From assembly GCA_951406725.2 (NCBI GenBank), contig OX597831.1, positions 7,750,001-7,814,000 of the forward strand: a stretch of DNA of 64,000 nucleotides, in the 5' to 3' direction. A model generated the notes under the pieces. It was given only the letters and a program-made list of their open reading frames with translations, was not told the origin of the DNA and made no database searches. Origin of the DNA: Octopus vulgaris (taxonomy: Eukaryota). Each line of letters starts with the position of its first letter. The stretch's first letter is position 1. The translations under genes were made by a program, and so were the position numbers. Positions 53,516 to 64,000 of the stretch are shown one piece after another.

Positions 53516-53710
53516 ATACTTTATTATTATTATTATTACTATTATTATTATTATTATTATTGTTGATATTTTTTGTTTTGTTGTTGTTGTTATCATTATC
53601 ATCCTTATTATTATTACTATTACTATTATCATTATTGTTGGTGTATTTTATTTTGTTGTTGTTATTATTATTATTATTATTATCATTATTATTACTATTA
53701 CTATTATTTC
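53314..53710. repeat. (TTA/CTA/TTG)n compound microsatellite
   Basis: Seen directly. Confidence 0.95.
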
Positions 53711-56601
53711 TTTTTTATTTCTTTTTTATTTATTTTTTTTTCAATTATGAGGCCATGGGTGTAACCTATTCATGTATGATAATAGCATAGAGTTGGTTAC
53801 ATTATTGTTAAAGCAGCAGCAGCAGCAGTGATTATTAGACGTTAGTATTTATATTTCCAATATCAATGTGAAATATGAGAGATGATGGCAGTAAATAGCA
53901 TTTTTTTTTTGTAATGAAATTTAATGCGGATCTTTCGTTGAGCTCTTGGCATTTGTGTCTTTGTCTTTTGTTCTTACTTGTTTCATTCACTGGGCTGTGG
54001 CCATGCTGGGGCATTCACTTGAAGGGTATTTTTTAGGCGGCAAGCTGGTAGAAACGTTAGCACGCCGGGCGAAATGCGTAGCTGTATTACGTTTGCTGTT
54101 ACGTTCTGAGTTCAAAATCCGCCGAGGTCGACTTTGCCTTTCATCCTTTCGGGGTCGATAAATTAAGTACCAGTTACGCATTGGGGTAGATGTAATCAAC
54201 TTAATCTGTTTGTCTGTCCTTGTTTGTCCCCTCTATGTTTAGGCCCTTGTGGGCAATAAAGAAATAGGTATTTTTTAGTCAAGCAAATCAACATCAATAT
54301 TTATTTTTAAGCCTGATGTTTTATGTATTGATCACTTTTGTTGGACTGCTAAGTAATGGGGACGTAAACAACCAGTTGTCAAGTGGTGATGGGGAACAAA
54401 CACACACACACACACTCTCTCTCTCTCTCTTTCACACTCACACATGCACTTAAACGCATGCACACCACACACACACACACACACACACAATAGTTTCTGT
54501 CAACCAAATTCACTCATTATACATTGTTTGTCCTTGGGCTATAGTAAGAGAAACATTTGCTCCAGGTGCTGTGTAGTGGGACTGAACCTGAAACCACATG
54601 ATTACAAAAAAGGCCTCTTAACCTCATAGCCATTATATATTTTTGATCATTTGCATTGTCACCATTTTTTACTAAACTGTTATTATTTTATCGGAAATAT
54701 TGTCCATTCATTCATTTTGCTTGTCTTAGAATCCATTTTCCCCTGCTTCCATGGTTTGGATGCAAACTTCCATGGGGCAGCATTTTACAGCCAAATACCA
54801 TCCTTGGCACTAACCTTTGCCTGTTTCTTAACAAAGAAATTCTTTTATTCCACTGGATTTTGAAAGCACAAACTATAATGTCACCATTCTGACATCTTTG
54901 CACTCACATACATGTGCACTGACCCAACATACTTCCGTTGGATCCATGCAAGCTTAAAAGTAGACATTAAAACAATAACAGTTATATATAATATGTATAT
55001 ATATGTGGCAAGAAGAAAATAGAAGGGATACAGAAATAGTATACATCAACTGTTAGACATTATATTATGTCTATTTATTTGCTCTAAAAAATTTATGAGA
55101 ATATATACGTATGTAAAGACTGTGTATTACATATATACGTACCAGTAATTCATAGAATAGAAAAAGAAAAAGAACTATATGTATGTATGTATGCATGTAG
55201 TCTGGTTTTCCAAATTTTCAAAAATATTTGGTCAATGGCGATATGTAATACAAAAGAGTACCAATAAGGACTTCTACCGATTGATGATGCTGGTTAACAT
55301 ACATGAGTTTTTGTATCTTCAGTTGGTTGGTTTAACTAGTCTTCATATATTCTCACGTAAAAAGCACCAACCGATCGTGGCCGTTGCCAGCCTCCCCTGG
55401 CACCTGTGCCGGTGGCACGTAAAAAGCACCCACTACACTTATGGAGTGGTTGGAGTTAGGAAGGGCATCCAGCTGTAGAAACACTGCCAGATCAGACTGG
55501 AGCCTGGTAGAGCCTCCTGGATTCCCCAGACCCCAGTCGAACCGTCCAACCCATGCTAGCATGGAAAACAGACGTTAAGCGATGATGATGATGATGATGA
55601 TCAAAAGGATGTGTTAAAATACTATTCCACAGCCATACCAACAATCCAACATACATACATCATCAGCTGCCCCACGGATATCATTGTGGTTTTGACACCT
55701 GGGCAGTACCACTCAATCCAGCAGTGTCAACAGCAATAAAATAAGTGTTGTTTGGGAACAAACAAACCAAAGAAACCACAATTTTCAAACACATTTACCC
55801 AATGTACAACCATATCGATAAATAAATTCAATAAGTAAATCTGTAACCAACTTCTAAATATGTAACTAAACAGCGACTGAACCTTTAAGTCAAACATTTT
55901 ATTCCCTACAGTTTTCCATATATATGTATATACACACAGACATACATACACGCACATATATGACAGGGTTCCGTACAGTTTCCAATTGCCAATCTCACTC
56001 ATACAGCATTGGTCAACCTGGGTGCCTAGTTGTAGACATCTGCCTAAAGAGTCATGCTGTGGAACTGAACCCCAAACCATTTGGTTAAGAAATGTCTATG
56101 TTTCAGGCCACGGATTGTTTATTTTGTCAACAATTACTTTAAGTTAGACAGAGTTGTCTACCCTTGATAGTTCTTTAATTTTTACCTTCACTCGCAGAAA
56201 CGTTAGCACGCCGGGCGAAATGCGTAGCCGTATTTCGTCTGCCGTTACGTTCTGAGTTCAAATTCCGTCGAGGTCAACTTTGCCTTTCCTCCTTTCGGGG
56301 TCGATAAATTAAGTACCAGTTACACACTGGGGTCGATGTAATCGACTTAATTCGTTTGTCTGTCCTTGTTTGTCCCCTCTGTGTTTAGCCCCTTGTGGGC
56401 AGTAAAGAAACATAAATTTTTCAATATTGGAGTTGGGCATGATTGGATGGCTTGATTAATTATCAATGCCAATTAAATATCACAGTTATGTTGAGAATTT
56501 TGCTTCATAGCCACATGGTCTCAGGTTCAGTCCCACTGTGTGGCACCTTGGGCAAGTTTCATGGATCAACCAAAGCCTTGTGAGTGGAAACTGAAAGAAA
56601 C

Positions 56602-56647
<46 letters not shown>

Positions 56648-56880
56648 TGTGTGTGTGTGTTTGCATATCTCTTTATCTTGATATACTGTGATAGTTGTAA
56701 GTGAGTGTCATTGTCATACAAGCAGTGTCATTTCTGGCCATTGGGAAGTGTTACCTTATTAGGAAGCAGGTGAGGGTTGGCAACTGGAAGGGCACCCAGC
56801 CATAGAAAATCTGCCTCAATAACCTCTGTCTGACCGATGCAAGTACAGAAAAGTGGATGTTAAATAATGATGATGCTGGT

Positions 56881-57261
56881 TGGTGTTGCTGTTGAGCAAA
56901 CGGTCTTCGTCCCAGAGCTCGCAAGATGGGAGAAGTCCAAAATGTGGTCCTTTGCTGTTCGTAAGACCCGCAGAAGAGAAAGCAGGTCAACCCACAACAC
57001 CGAGAGCATCGACGGATGGATGAATGCGCATCCAGGCTCAGCGGTTGCGTAGGAAGTCGGGGACAAGAAACAGGAAGAAAGAGTGAGAGAGAGTTGGGGA
57101 GAAAGAATACAACAGGGGTCGCCCCCCCTGCTGGAGCCTCATGGAGCTTTATTTAGGTGTTTTTGCTCAATAAACACACACAACGCCCGGTCTGGGAATC
57201 GAAACTGCGATCCTCCGACCGCGAGTCCGCTGCCCTAACTATTGGGCCATTGCACCTCCAC
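56881..57261 (-). mobile_element. SINE family C, tail type 2
   Basis: Near-identical to 33045-33386; TSD tgatgatgctggt at 56868-56880 and 57262-57274. Confidence 0.8.
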
Positions 57262-57385
57262 TGATGATGCTGGTGATGGTGATGATGATGATGATGAGGA
57301 GGAGTAATGTCTCATCAGTTACTGTCTTCTAATGGTTCAATCATTGACTCAGTGAATTTCTGATGGCAACAGTGAAAAATTGTGT

Positions 57386-57512
57386 TATGATGCTGGTGGT
57401 GGCTGCGGTGATGGCAGCTGCTATGAGGATGATGATGATGGTGACAATGGTGATGATGGTGATGATGATGATGATGATGACGACGATGATGTTAATGACG
57501 GTGACAACGATA

Positions 57513-57551
<39 letters not shown>

Positions 57552-57840
57552 GTGACAATGATGACAATGGTGATGATGATGACGATGATGCTAATGACGG
57601 TGACATCGATAATGATGATGATGATGATGGTGGTGACAATGATGACAATGGTGATGATGATGACGATGATGATGATGATGATGCTAATGACGGTGACAAT
57701 GATAATGATGATGATGATGGTGACAATGATGACAATGGTGATGATGATGACGATGATACTAATGACTGTGACAACGATAATGATGATGATGATGACAATG
57801 CTGCTGCTGCTGATGATGATGATGATAATGCTGATGATGT
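57386..57840. repeat. (GAT/GAC)n microsatellite with higher-order units of about 60-70 bp
   Basis: ggtgacaatgatgacaatggt..gacgatgatgctaatgacggtgacaa recurs about four times. Confidence 0.95.
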
Positions 57841-58220
57841 ACATTTTTCTAAAGCTATTTGGCTTGGCTCTCATAAATAGAAAGTTTGCAAAGAAGTTCT
57901 TTGACTTCAACTTTGTCTTCTCATTTATTAAAGTTGCTCTCCGAACCACAGAAGCGGTTCTTAAAGCTTCTTCTCTTCCATTTATTTATGGTGTTCCGAT
58001 TTCAGGTCAAATCCAGATGTTTCTTCTTTCCGTGCAGACTCTTTTCCGCTTCCATTGTTTCTTATTCCATCCATTCGTATTGAAACGTGTGTCCTCGGCA
58101 TTTAGATTTCAACCAAATACTTTTCTAGTTCTTTCTATGATAAATGTACCATTTTTGGTTTTGTCTTGCTTTCGGCTCTATCAGCCGCCTTTGGTCGCAT
58201 AAAACCTCTTTTGCAATATC

Positions 58221-58253
<33 letters not shown>

Positions 58254-58353
58254 CGTAGTAGTAGTAGTAGGTGGTGGTGGTGGTATTCAAATTTGTCAGT
58301 CATAAAGCTCTCTCTCTCTCTCTCCTCACTTCTTAGCTATAAGATAAAAGAAT

Positions 58354-58392
<39 letters not shown>

Positions 58393-58602
58393 TTAAGACA
58401 GTAAGGTGTGCTTATGGGAGATTTGGCTGCTATTTCTGCCAGTTAGATCAATCATATATTGGTCACTTTTTGTCCAGTGAATGGGAATGTGTTTATTTTT
58501 TGACTCAACTCTGCCAGGATATTTGACATTTTGTAAGTTTTGTGATTTGAAGAATTTCTTTAAACTGAATTCATTTCTGTTTTTTTTTTTTTTTAACTTC
58601 AG

Positions 58603-58705
58603 AAACCATTCCGTTTTTTGATTAAAAGTGCAAGTTGCATTGACAAGTTGGAAGGAAAAAATGAGTTGGTGTCAATTAGTCGAAGCAAGACAATTATGCC
58701 CTCAG
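58603..58705 (+). CDS. SPEF2: Probable SPEF2 linker exon (KPFRFLIKSASCIDKLEGKNELVSISRSKTIMPS), phase 0 to 1; alternative donor after 58724 (phase 2)
   Basis: Long poly-T tract and ttcag acceptor, CAG|GTATGT donor, open frame that bridges exons 49486 and 63181. No recognisable homology. Confidence 0.65.
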
Positions 58706-59099
58706 GTATGTGCAAACCAAACAGGTAACTATTTCATAATTGTTGGAGAAGTCACCACGTTGTGTCACTTGACAGTCACTATATTAGGACCTTTGTAACT
58801 CCTCAACTACCATGTTCTTTAATTCTTCAGTTTGTTTCAGCATATCAAGGCTATGGCCATGCTGGAGCACATCCTTATGCTTTCCCCGAACTCACAAATT
58901 TTTATTTGCTACTCTGTTACTCAAATTAATACTTACAAAATGTGGCATTTAGTCAAGTCCCGAAAGAAAAACCTATTGAAGCTGAGAATGTTTTTTCAAA
59001 AGGTAGATCTAGTACCAGTTATATACTGGGAATCAGTCATATTAACTCTACACTTCCCTTGAAATATGTGGCATGATGCCAAACAGAAATTCTTATTAC

Positions 59100-59449
59100 A
59101 ACGCCGGGTCATAGTTCTAGTGCATGCATGTACAGCTGCGTGCATGCGCACATACACGCGAGTACTGTCCAAATCTCGAACCAATCACATACAGCTAGCT
59201 GGCATTCAATTGGCGTATCAAGTTTCAGGTATTTTGATTGGGTTTTGGATAGAAAATTCACAAAAGGTCGCTTCTATTGATTTTTTAATGGCTTTGTGGG
59301 GTAACTGGGGAAATGTAAAGATGTGCACGACCACCCTTGGACGGTTTTGAATGACCATAGAAAGTGCGAGCCCTCTAACTGAAAAATTGTGGATTTGTAT
59401 AAAGGACGCACACACAGACAGACATTTTGCCGTTTATATATATAGAGAT
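59100..59449 (-). mobile_element. Helitron-like non-autonomous fragment
   Basis: The minus strand begins A|TCTCTATATATATAAA..TGTCTGTCTGTGTG, like a Helitron/HINE 5' end. A CAACGCCGGG..CTAGT 3'-type end lies on the + strand at about 59099-59121. Confidence 0.4.
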
Positions 59450-59930
59450 TATTAGAACTGTTTATGACATTTGTTAGTTCCTTAAGTTTATATTAGTGAA
59501 AATGGAATGAGTATCAACAAAAAACAAAATAAAATGTTCTTTTTTTTTTATTATTCTTGATATTTTTCTTTTTAACTGGAACATGTAAAAGAACTTAATT
59601 TTTTAATTAAAAAAATTTTTTTACTCTAGGCACTAGGCCCGAAATTTTTGGGGAGGGGCCAGTTGATTAGATCAACCCCAGTACGAAACTGGTACTTAAT
59701 TTATCAACTCTGAAAGGGATGAAAGGCAAAGTCGACCTTGGTGGAATTTGAACTCAGAACGTAAAGACAGATGAAATACCACTAAGCATTTCACCTTGCG
59801 TGCTAACATTTCTGCCAGTTTGCCGCCTTATGTAAAAAAAAACTTTACGACTGAGAAATGTGAACTTAATTTAACCAATAATAAGAATTTAATAAACTCT
59901 TTTCCTGTTTTTTTTAATCTTGTTTTTCAG

Positions 59931-59985
59931 TTTTGTAAATTTTAATTTTATTCCTGAATTTCTAACAATTAGAAAATGCACCAGG
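59931..59985 (+). CDS. Candidate small exon (FVNFNFIPEFLTIRKCTR), phase 2 to 0
   Basis: Strong pyrimidine tract with tttttcag acceptor and AGG|GTAACC donor. In frame only with the 58724 donor upstream and the 62033 exon downstream. No homology support. Confidence 0.3.
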
Positions 59986-60485
59986 GTAACCCCTTTCTGG
60001 ATGCAGTCTAGGTTGCAACACAGTCCGAAACATGAGGGCAATCATCCATGGGCGGGGGGCCTCATCTGAACATTATACAATGCTACTAATTGTTAGTATT
60101 TTCTGGCCCTGAAGCAAAGGGCTCATTGTTAGGATGTGGTCCTTGCTATGTTAACAATTTGCATTCACTAGGAGAGATCCTTGCTGATTGTGAGACCCAA
60201 CATTTAGAGGGCCCTATTTTGGGTGCTTTGTTCATGATTAAGTGAGGTGTGGTATATATTTTCTTGATACAATTGGCATTATTATTTAAGGCAGAAAGTT
60301 TGCAGAATCATTAGCATCCTGGGCAAAATTCCACTGAGGTCGACTTTGCCTTTCATCCTTTTGGGGTTGGATATGTACCAGTGATACACCAGGGTCAATG
60401 TAATCGACTGGTCTCCCCACCTCCAAAATTTCAAGCCTTGTGCCTTTAGTCGAAAGGATTGTTGTTGTTGTTGTTATTATTAATA

Positions 60486-60546
<61 letters not shown>

Positions 60547-60576
60547 TCTTATTATTATTATTAATCCATACATTAA

Positions 60577-61687
60577 CTCTTTCGTTACTATATTTCTGAC
60601 CAAAATACACCCCTCATGAGTTTCAATTAAATTCTAAAATAATCATGAATCTAGGCTTGTTTCATTAAATAACTGTAACTTTTTTACTTATCAACATATT
60701 AATGTGATATTTGGAACATAATTAAAGAAAGGGTTCTTAATCAATTTTATTGCATAACTTTTGTGTCAAAGTGACTTTAATTACAGGTAAATCCAGGCAA
60801 ATTGAGCAAAAGGTAAAAATATTAAAATTTTAAATTGAGCAAAAGGTAAAAATATTAAAATTTTGTTTAAACATCACCATAGAAAATGAATCACCAGCTA
60901 ATATTCAAATGGGTATGCAACAAAATTTTGATAAAGAAGAATTGTGCACATCACTAGATCATCAGTTGAATTTGATGCACAACAGGTGTACCATAAAGGT
61001 GGAATAAAGTGAAATACTGGAATCCACCGCAAGTTTGACCGAACTAAAGAAATCGGTCAAAAAATAATATATGGCCCTGGTATGGAAGTGATAAATTCCA
61101 GACCACATCGTTCCCTAGGCCATGCTGACTAACATTATTTTCCCTGTATAAAAACTAAATCCACGCAGGACCCAGTATTTGTTTCACAAATTTTCCGAAA
61201 TTTGAACCCCCATTTTGTGTTTGTTTACATTCTGCATAAGTTTGTTTCCGCATTGATCGCTTCAAACAATAACTTTCAGACCACATCATACCCTAAGCCA
61301 TGCTGACTAACATTAGTTTCCCTGTATAAAAACTAAATCCACAACAGTACCCAGTATTTGCTTCACAAATTTTCCAATTCAGAATCAATGCTTGATAACA
61401 TGAAACTCCTATCCATTTTCAAAGTTGAAGAAAAATCGATGCCGAAAAAAATGTGGAAAAAAATCTCCCAAAATTCAGGGAATTAAAATTACACGTTGAT
61501 CGTTGTACAAAACTGTAGATGAACTGTTTACTAAGTATAATCACATGTTTTCACGAATGTACTAAAGAGATTTGCTCTGGTATTCTCATTTAAATATGAA
61601 TAGGTAAATATGGGTGGCTTTTGGCGGTTTGGTCACATTAACCAAAATTTTTTTCGGGCGGCTTTGGGTGGTTTGGTAACGAAAGGG
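60577..61687. mobile_element. Non-autonomous piggyBac-like element
   Basis: TTAA on both sides (60573-60576 and 61688-61691); TIRs CTCTTTCGTTAC and GTAACGAAAGGG; internal direct repeat of about 100 bp. Related ends occur near 10110 and 16445. Confidence 0.75.
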
Positions 61688-62032
61688 TTAAACTTTGGTT
61701 CTTGCACTTGTTGTCTTCAGCCATCCTGTTCTTACATGTCTCTAGGTATCCTGCAGCTAGGTTTGAACCCCCACCCTGTATTTACTATGCAGTGCTTCAC
61801 CAGTCTTAACTATTGTGTGCCACAATTCTGTCTGTCAAATCCAGCTTAAAAGATGTCAACAGTGTGTAACAAGAAAGTGATTAGAGAATGTATTAATTAT
61901 AAACTAAAGAGAAAGTTAATGGTTCTGTAAATTTCAAGTTGATGGCGATTAAAAAGTAAAATAGAAATTCTTTCTTTGTTGAAAGAGGAAAGATTCCTTG
62001 TTTTTTGTTAATTTTTTTTAATTGTTTGTTAG

Positions 62033-62138
62033 ACCGTATTATTTAAAAATTTTGTTAGACGACTTTCTCTAAAGCTTCAAAATACCTCCGGAAAAGTAGA
62101 GGTGTCTGGTTTGGTGGATAGCACAAGAAAGAAACTCG
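62033..62138 (+). CDS. Candidate alternative linker exon (TVLFKNFVRRLSLKLQNTSGKVEVSGLVDSTRKKL), phase 0 to 1
   Basis: T-rich tract with ttgttag acceptor, G|GTGAAT donor, 106 nt open. Same phases and nearly the same length as exon 58603-58705. Confidence 0.45.
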
Positions 62139-62152
62139 GTGAATTTGCTTCT

Positions 62153-62860
62153 CATCATCATCATCGTTTAACGTCCGCTTTCCATGCTAGCATGGGTTGG
62201 ACGATTTTGACTGAGGGCTGGTGAACCAGATGGCTGCACCAGGCCCCAATCTTGATCTGGCAGAATTTCTACAGCTGGATGCTCTTCTTAATGTCAACCA
62301 CTCCGAGAGTGTAGTGGGTGCTTTTTATGTGCCACCGGCACGGCGGCCAGTCAGGCGGTACTGGTAATGACCTCGCTCGAATCTTTTTACACGTGTCACC
62401 AGCACAGGTGCCAGTAAGGCGACGTTGGTAACAATCATGCTCGAATGGTGCCCTTTTACATGCCACCGGCATGGAAGCCAGTTGGCTGCTCTGGCAACGA
62501 TCACGCTCGGATAGTGCTCTTGGCACCCTACAAGCACGGGCTCGAGTGCCAGTAGTACGATGCTGGTAACAATCACACTCGAATGGTGCCCTTTTATATG
62601 CCACTGGCACGGAAGCCGGTTAGCTGCTCTGTCAATGATCACACTCGTATGGTGCTCTTTGCACCCCACTAGTACGGATGCCAGTCATCGAATTTGATTT
62701 TGATTTTGATTTCGATTTCGATTTCACTTGCCTCAACGGGTCTTCGCAAGCAGAGTTTAGTGACCCAAGAAGGAAAAGGTATGCATAAGCGGGCTGGTTA
62801 CGCTCCTGGTGACCGAGACTTTTGGAAATATGTTGTGCTTGAGAAGACCCGGCAAGCCAA
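62153..62860 (-). mobile_element. Longest copy of an abundant RTE-like 3' tail family with internal subrepeats of about 60 bp
   Basis: (CAT)n-cgtttaacgtccgctttccatgc...ggatgcccttcctaa..accactc..gtagtgggtgcttttta. Other copies at about 2645-2903(+), 11470-11670(+), 16617-17100(-), 22748-22877(-), 25125-25386(+), 37622-38012(-), 45301-45930(-, two), 51482-51722(+) and 55354-55601(+). Confidence 0.75.
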
Positions 62861-63180
62861 ATGAGAGCATTGCTTCTAGCAGTGTGAAAATATTTCATCT
62901 TGTGTATATCATTTTTATTTGAATTGTGAATTACCTAGACTATATATATCTAGATTATACACAATGTTTCAATGAAAATATTCTCTCCTTACTGCCAGCA
63001 TGTTCAACAAGAAAACAAGTAAAAATGTATTTAAGGTAGCAGGATCACTGAACCTCAGTTAATGATAATTTTTTCTTTGCTGTGTTTTTGTTGTTATCAA
63101 TTGTAATGACTTGATCTTATGACCTATGACTTGATCTTATGACCTCAAAATTCTCAAGAGTTGAATGGCATTTTTTTTAG

Positions 63181-63305
63181 AAATTACATTACCTCCACCA
63201 ATTGAAATTCCTAAAAAGGTAAAAGAAGTCACCTCAAGTTCTAAGATAGAATTATTGGCAAGTACGTTAAAACTTGATGATGCTGCAATACTAAGGAACA
63301 TATAT
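63181..63305 (+). CDS. SPEF2: Probable SPEF2 linker exon (EITLPPPIEIPKKVKEVTSSSKIELLASTLKLDDAAILRNIY), phase 1 to 0
   Basis: ttttttttag acceptor, GTAAGT donor, open frame, phase-compatible with both neighbours. Confidence 0.72.
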
Positions 63306-63716
63306 GTAAGTTGTCTAATTTTTTGATTATCCTTTTGAAGATTTTCTACATTTAATATTTACTTTAAAGAGGGCGGCGAGCTGGCAGAATTGTTAGCATG
63401 CCAGGCAAAATACTTAGCACTATTTCATTGTTTCAAATCATTTGATTTGGCTGTGTGTGACTTAAAGCTTTGAATCCTGAATGGCCGAGGTTTCTGTAAG
63501 AAGTCTGCAAAACTTAAAGTTGTGTGGAGCCAAATCAGACTGGCTTAAATAACACACACACACACACGCACACGCATGATGGGCTTCTGCTAAATTTCCC
63601 TCAAATGTGTTGGGTAACCTGAAACTACAGAAGACATACTCATGATGGGAATAAAATATTTAATGATGTATTTGTCCATTTTCGTGGATTATGTTGACTT
63701 CTCTCTTCTGTTGCAG

Positions 63717-63820
63717 GTGAATACACAAGCTAGCCTTGGTTCCAAAGTGATCATGCATTTTGAGAAGGGACAACCTATACCTGAAATTGTTTTAATAGAG
63801 ATTATTACAGAGGCCATCAG
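63717..63820 (+). CDS. SPEF2: SPEF2-like exon (VNTQASLGSKVIMHFEKGQPIPEIVLIEIITEAIR), phase 0 to 2; gene continues beyond the window
   Basis: ctgttgcag acceptor and CAG|GTAGAT donor; resembles SPEF2 'TRAQLGAKSEQLLKKGKSIPDVLLVDIIVNAI' (adenylate-kinase NMP-binding-like segment). Confidence 0.9.
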
Positions 63821-64000
63821 GTAGATATCTTTGGATAAACTCTCATAACTTTGACATAACTTTGATAGTGTGTTGACTCAGAGCATTTTATAATTTTGGT
63901 GTTTTAGAAATGCAACCACATCTTGTTTTGAAACAAAATAAAAGGAACATGTATAGTTTTCCCAAAGACACCACCAAGAGTTTAAGAATAGCAACATGAG

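Noticed and set aside
57341-58202. 279-aa Met-rich (reflectin-like composition) and Asp-rich ORFs
   Set aside because: Trinucleotide repeat artefacts; no reflectin MD(X)5MD motif context with Tyr, Arg, Pro and Trp.
62318-62690. Repeat-spacer pattern in the LINE tail
   Set aside because: The apparent spacers are homologous to each other and the block is part of a dispersed retroelement UTR.

Overview
This is eukaryotic, AT-rich, microsatellite-dense genomic DNA. The SINE and LINE families point to an octopus or other coleoid cephalopod (inference). The window is the interior of one large + strand gene, a SPEF2 (sperm flagellar protein 2/KPL2) orthologue. I traced 11 phase-compatible coding exons from 13772 to 63820, covering the coiled-coil region and the adenylate-kinase-like P-loop GKAYSGKT, plus 2 candidate alternative exons in the non-conserved linker. 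The start and stop codons lie outside the window. The introns hold three tRNA-headed SINE families, RTE-type and R4/Dong-type LINE fragments, mariner, pogo/Tigger, piggyBac-like and hAT-like DNA elements, a 39-bp minisatellite and many simple repeats. Nearly all long ORFs in the supplied track are microsatellite artefacts. The most notable signals are: (1) a TSD-flanked Penelope-like inverted repeat carrying two copies of a non-canonical G3:C8 minimal hammerhead ribozyme; (2) several in-frame splice routes through the SPEF2 linker, possibly mutually exclusive exons; (3) a SINE whose target-site duplications repeatedly begin with GGTAT; (4) a stack of TAA-targeting retroelements; (5) a template-switch scar joining a LINE tail to a Tigger transposase fragment. 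There is no CRISPR array, rRNA or true tRNA gene. All family assignments come from remembered motifs, not database searches.
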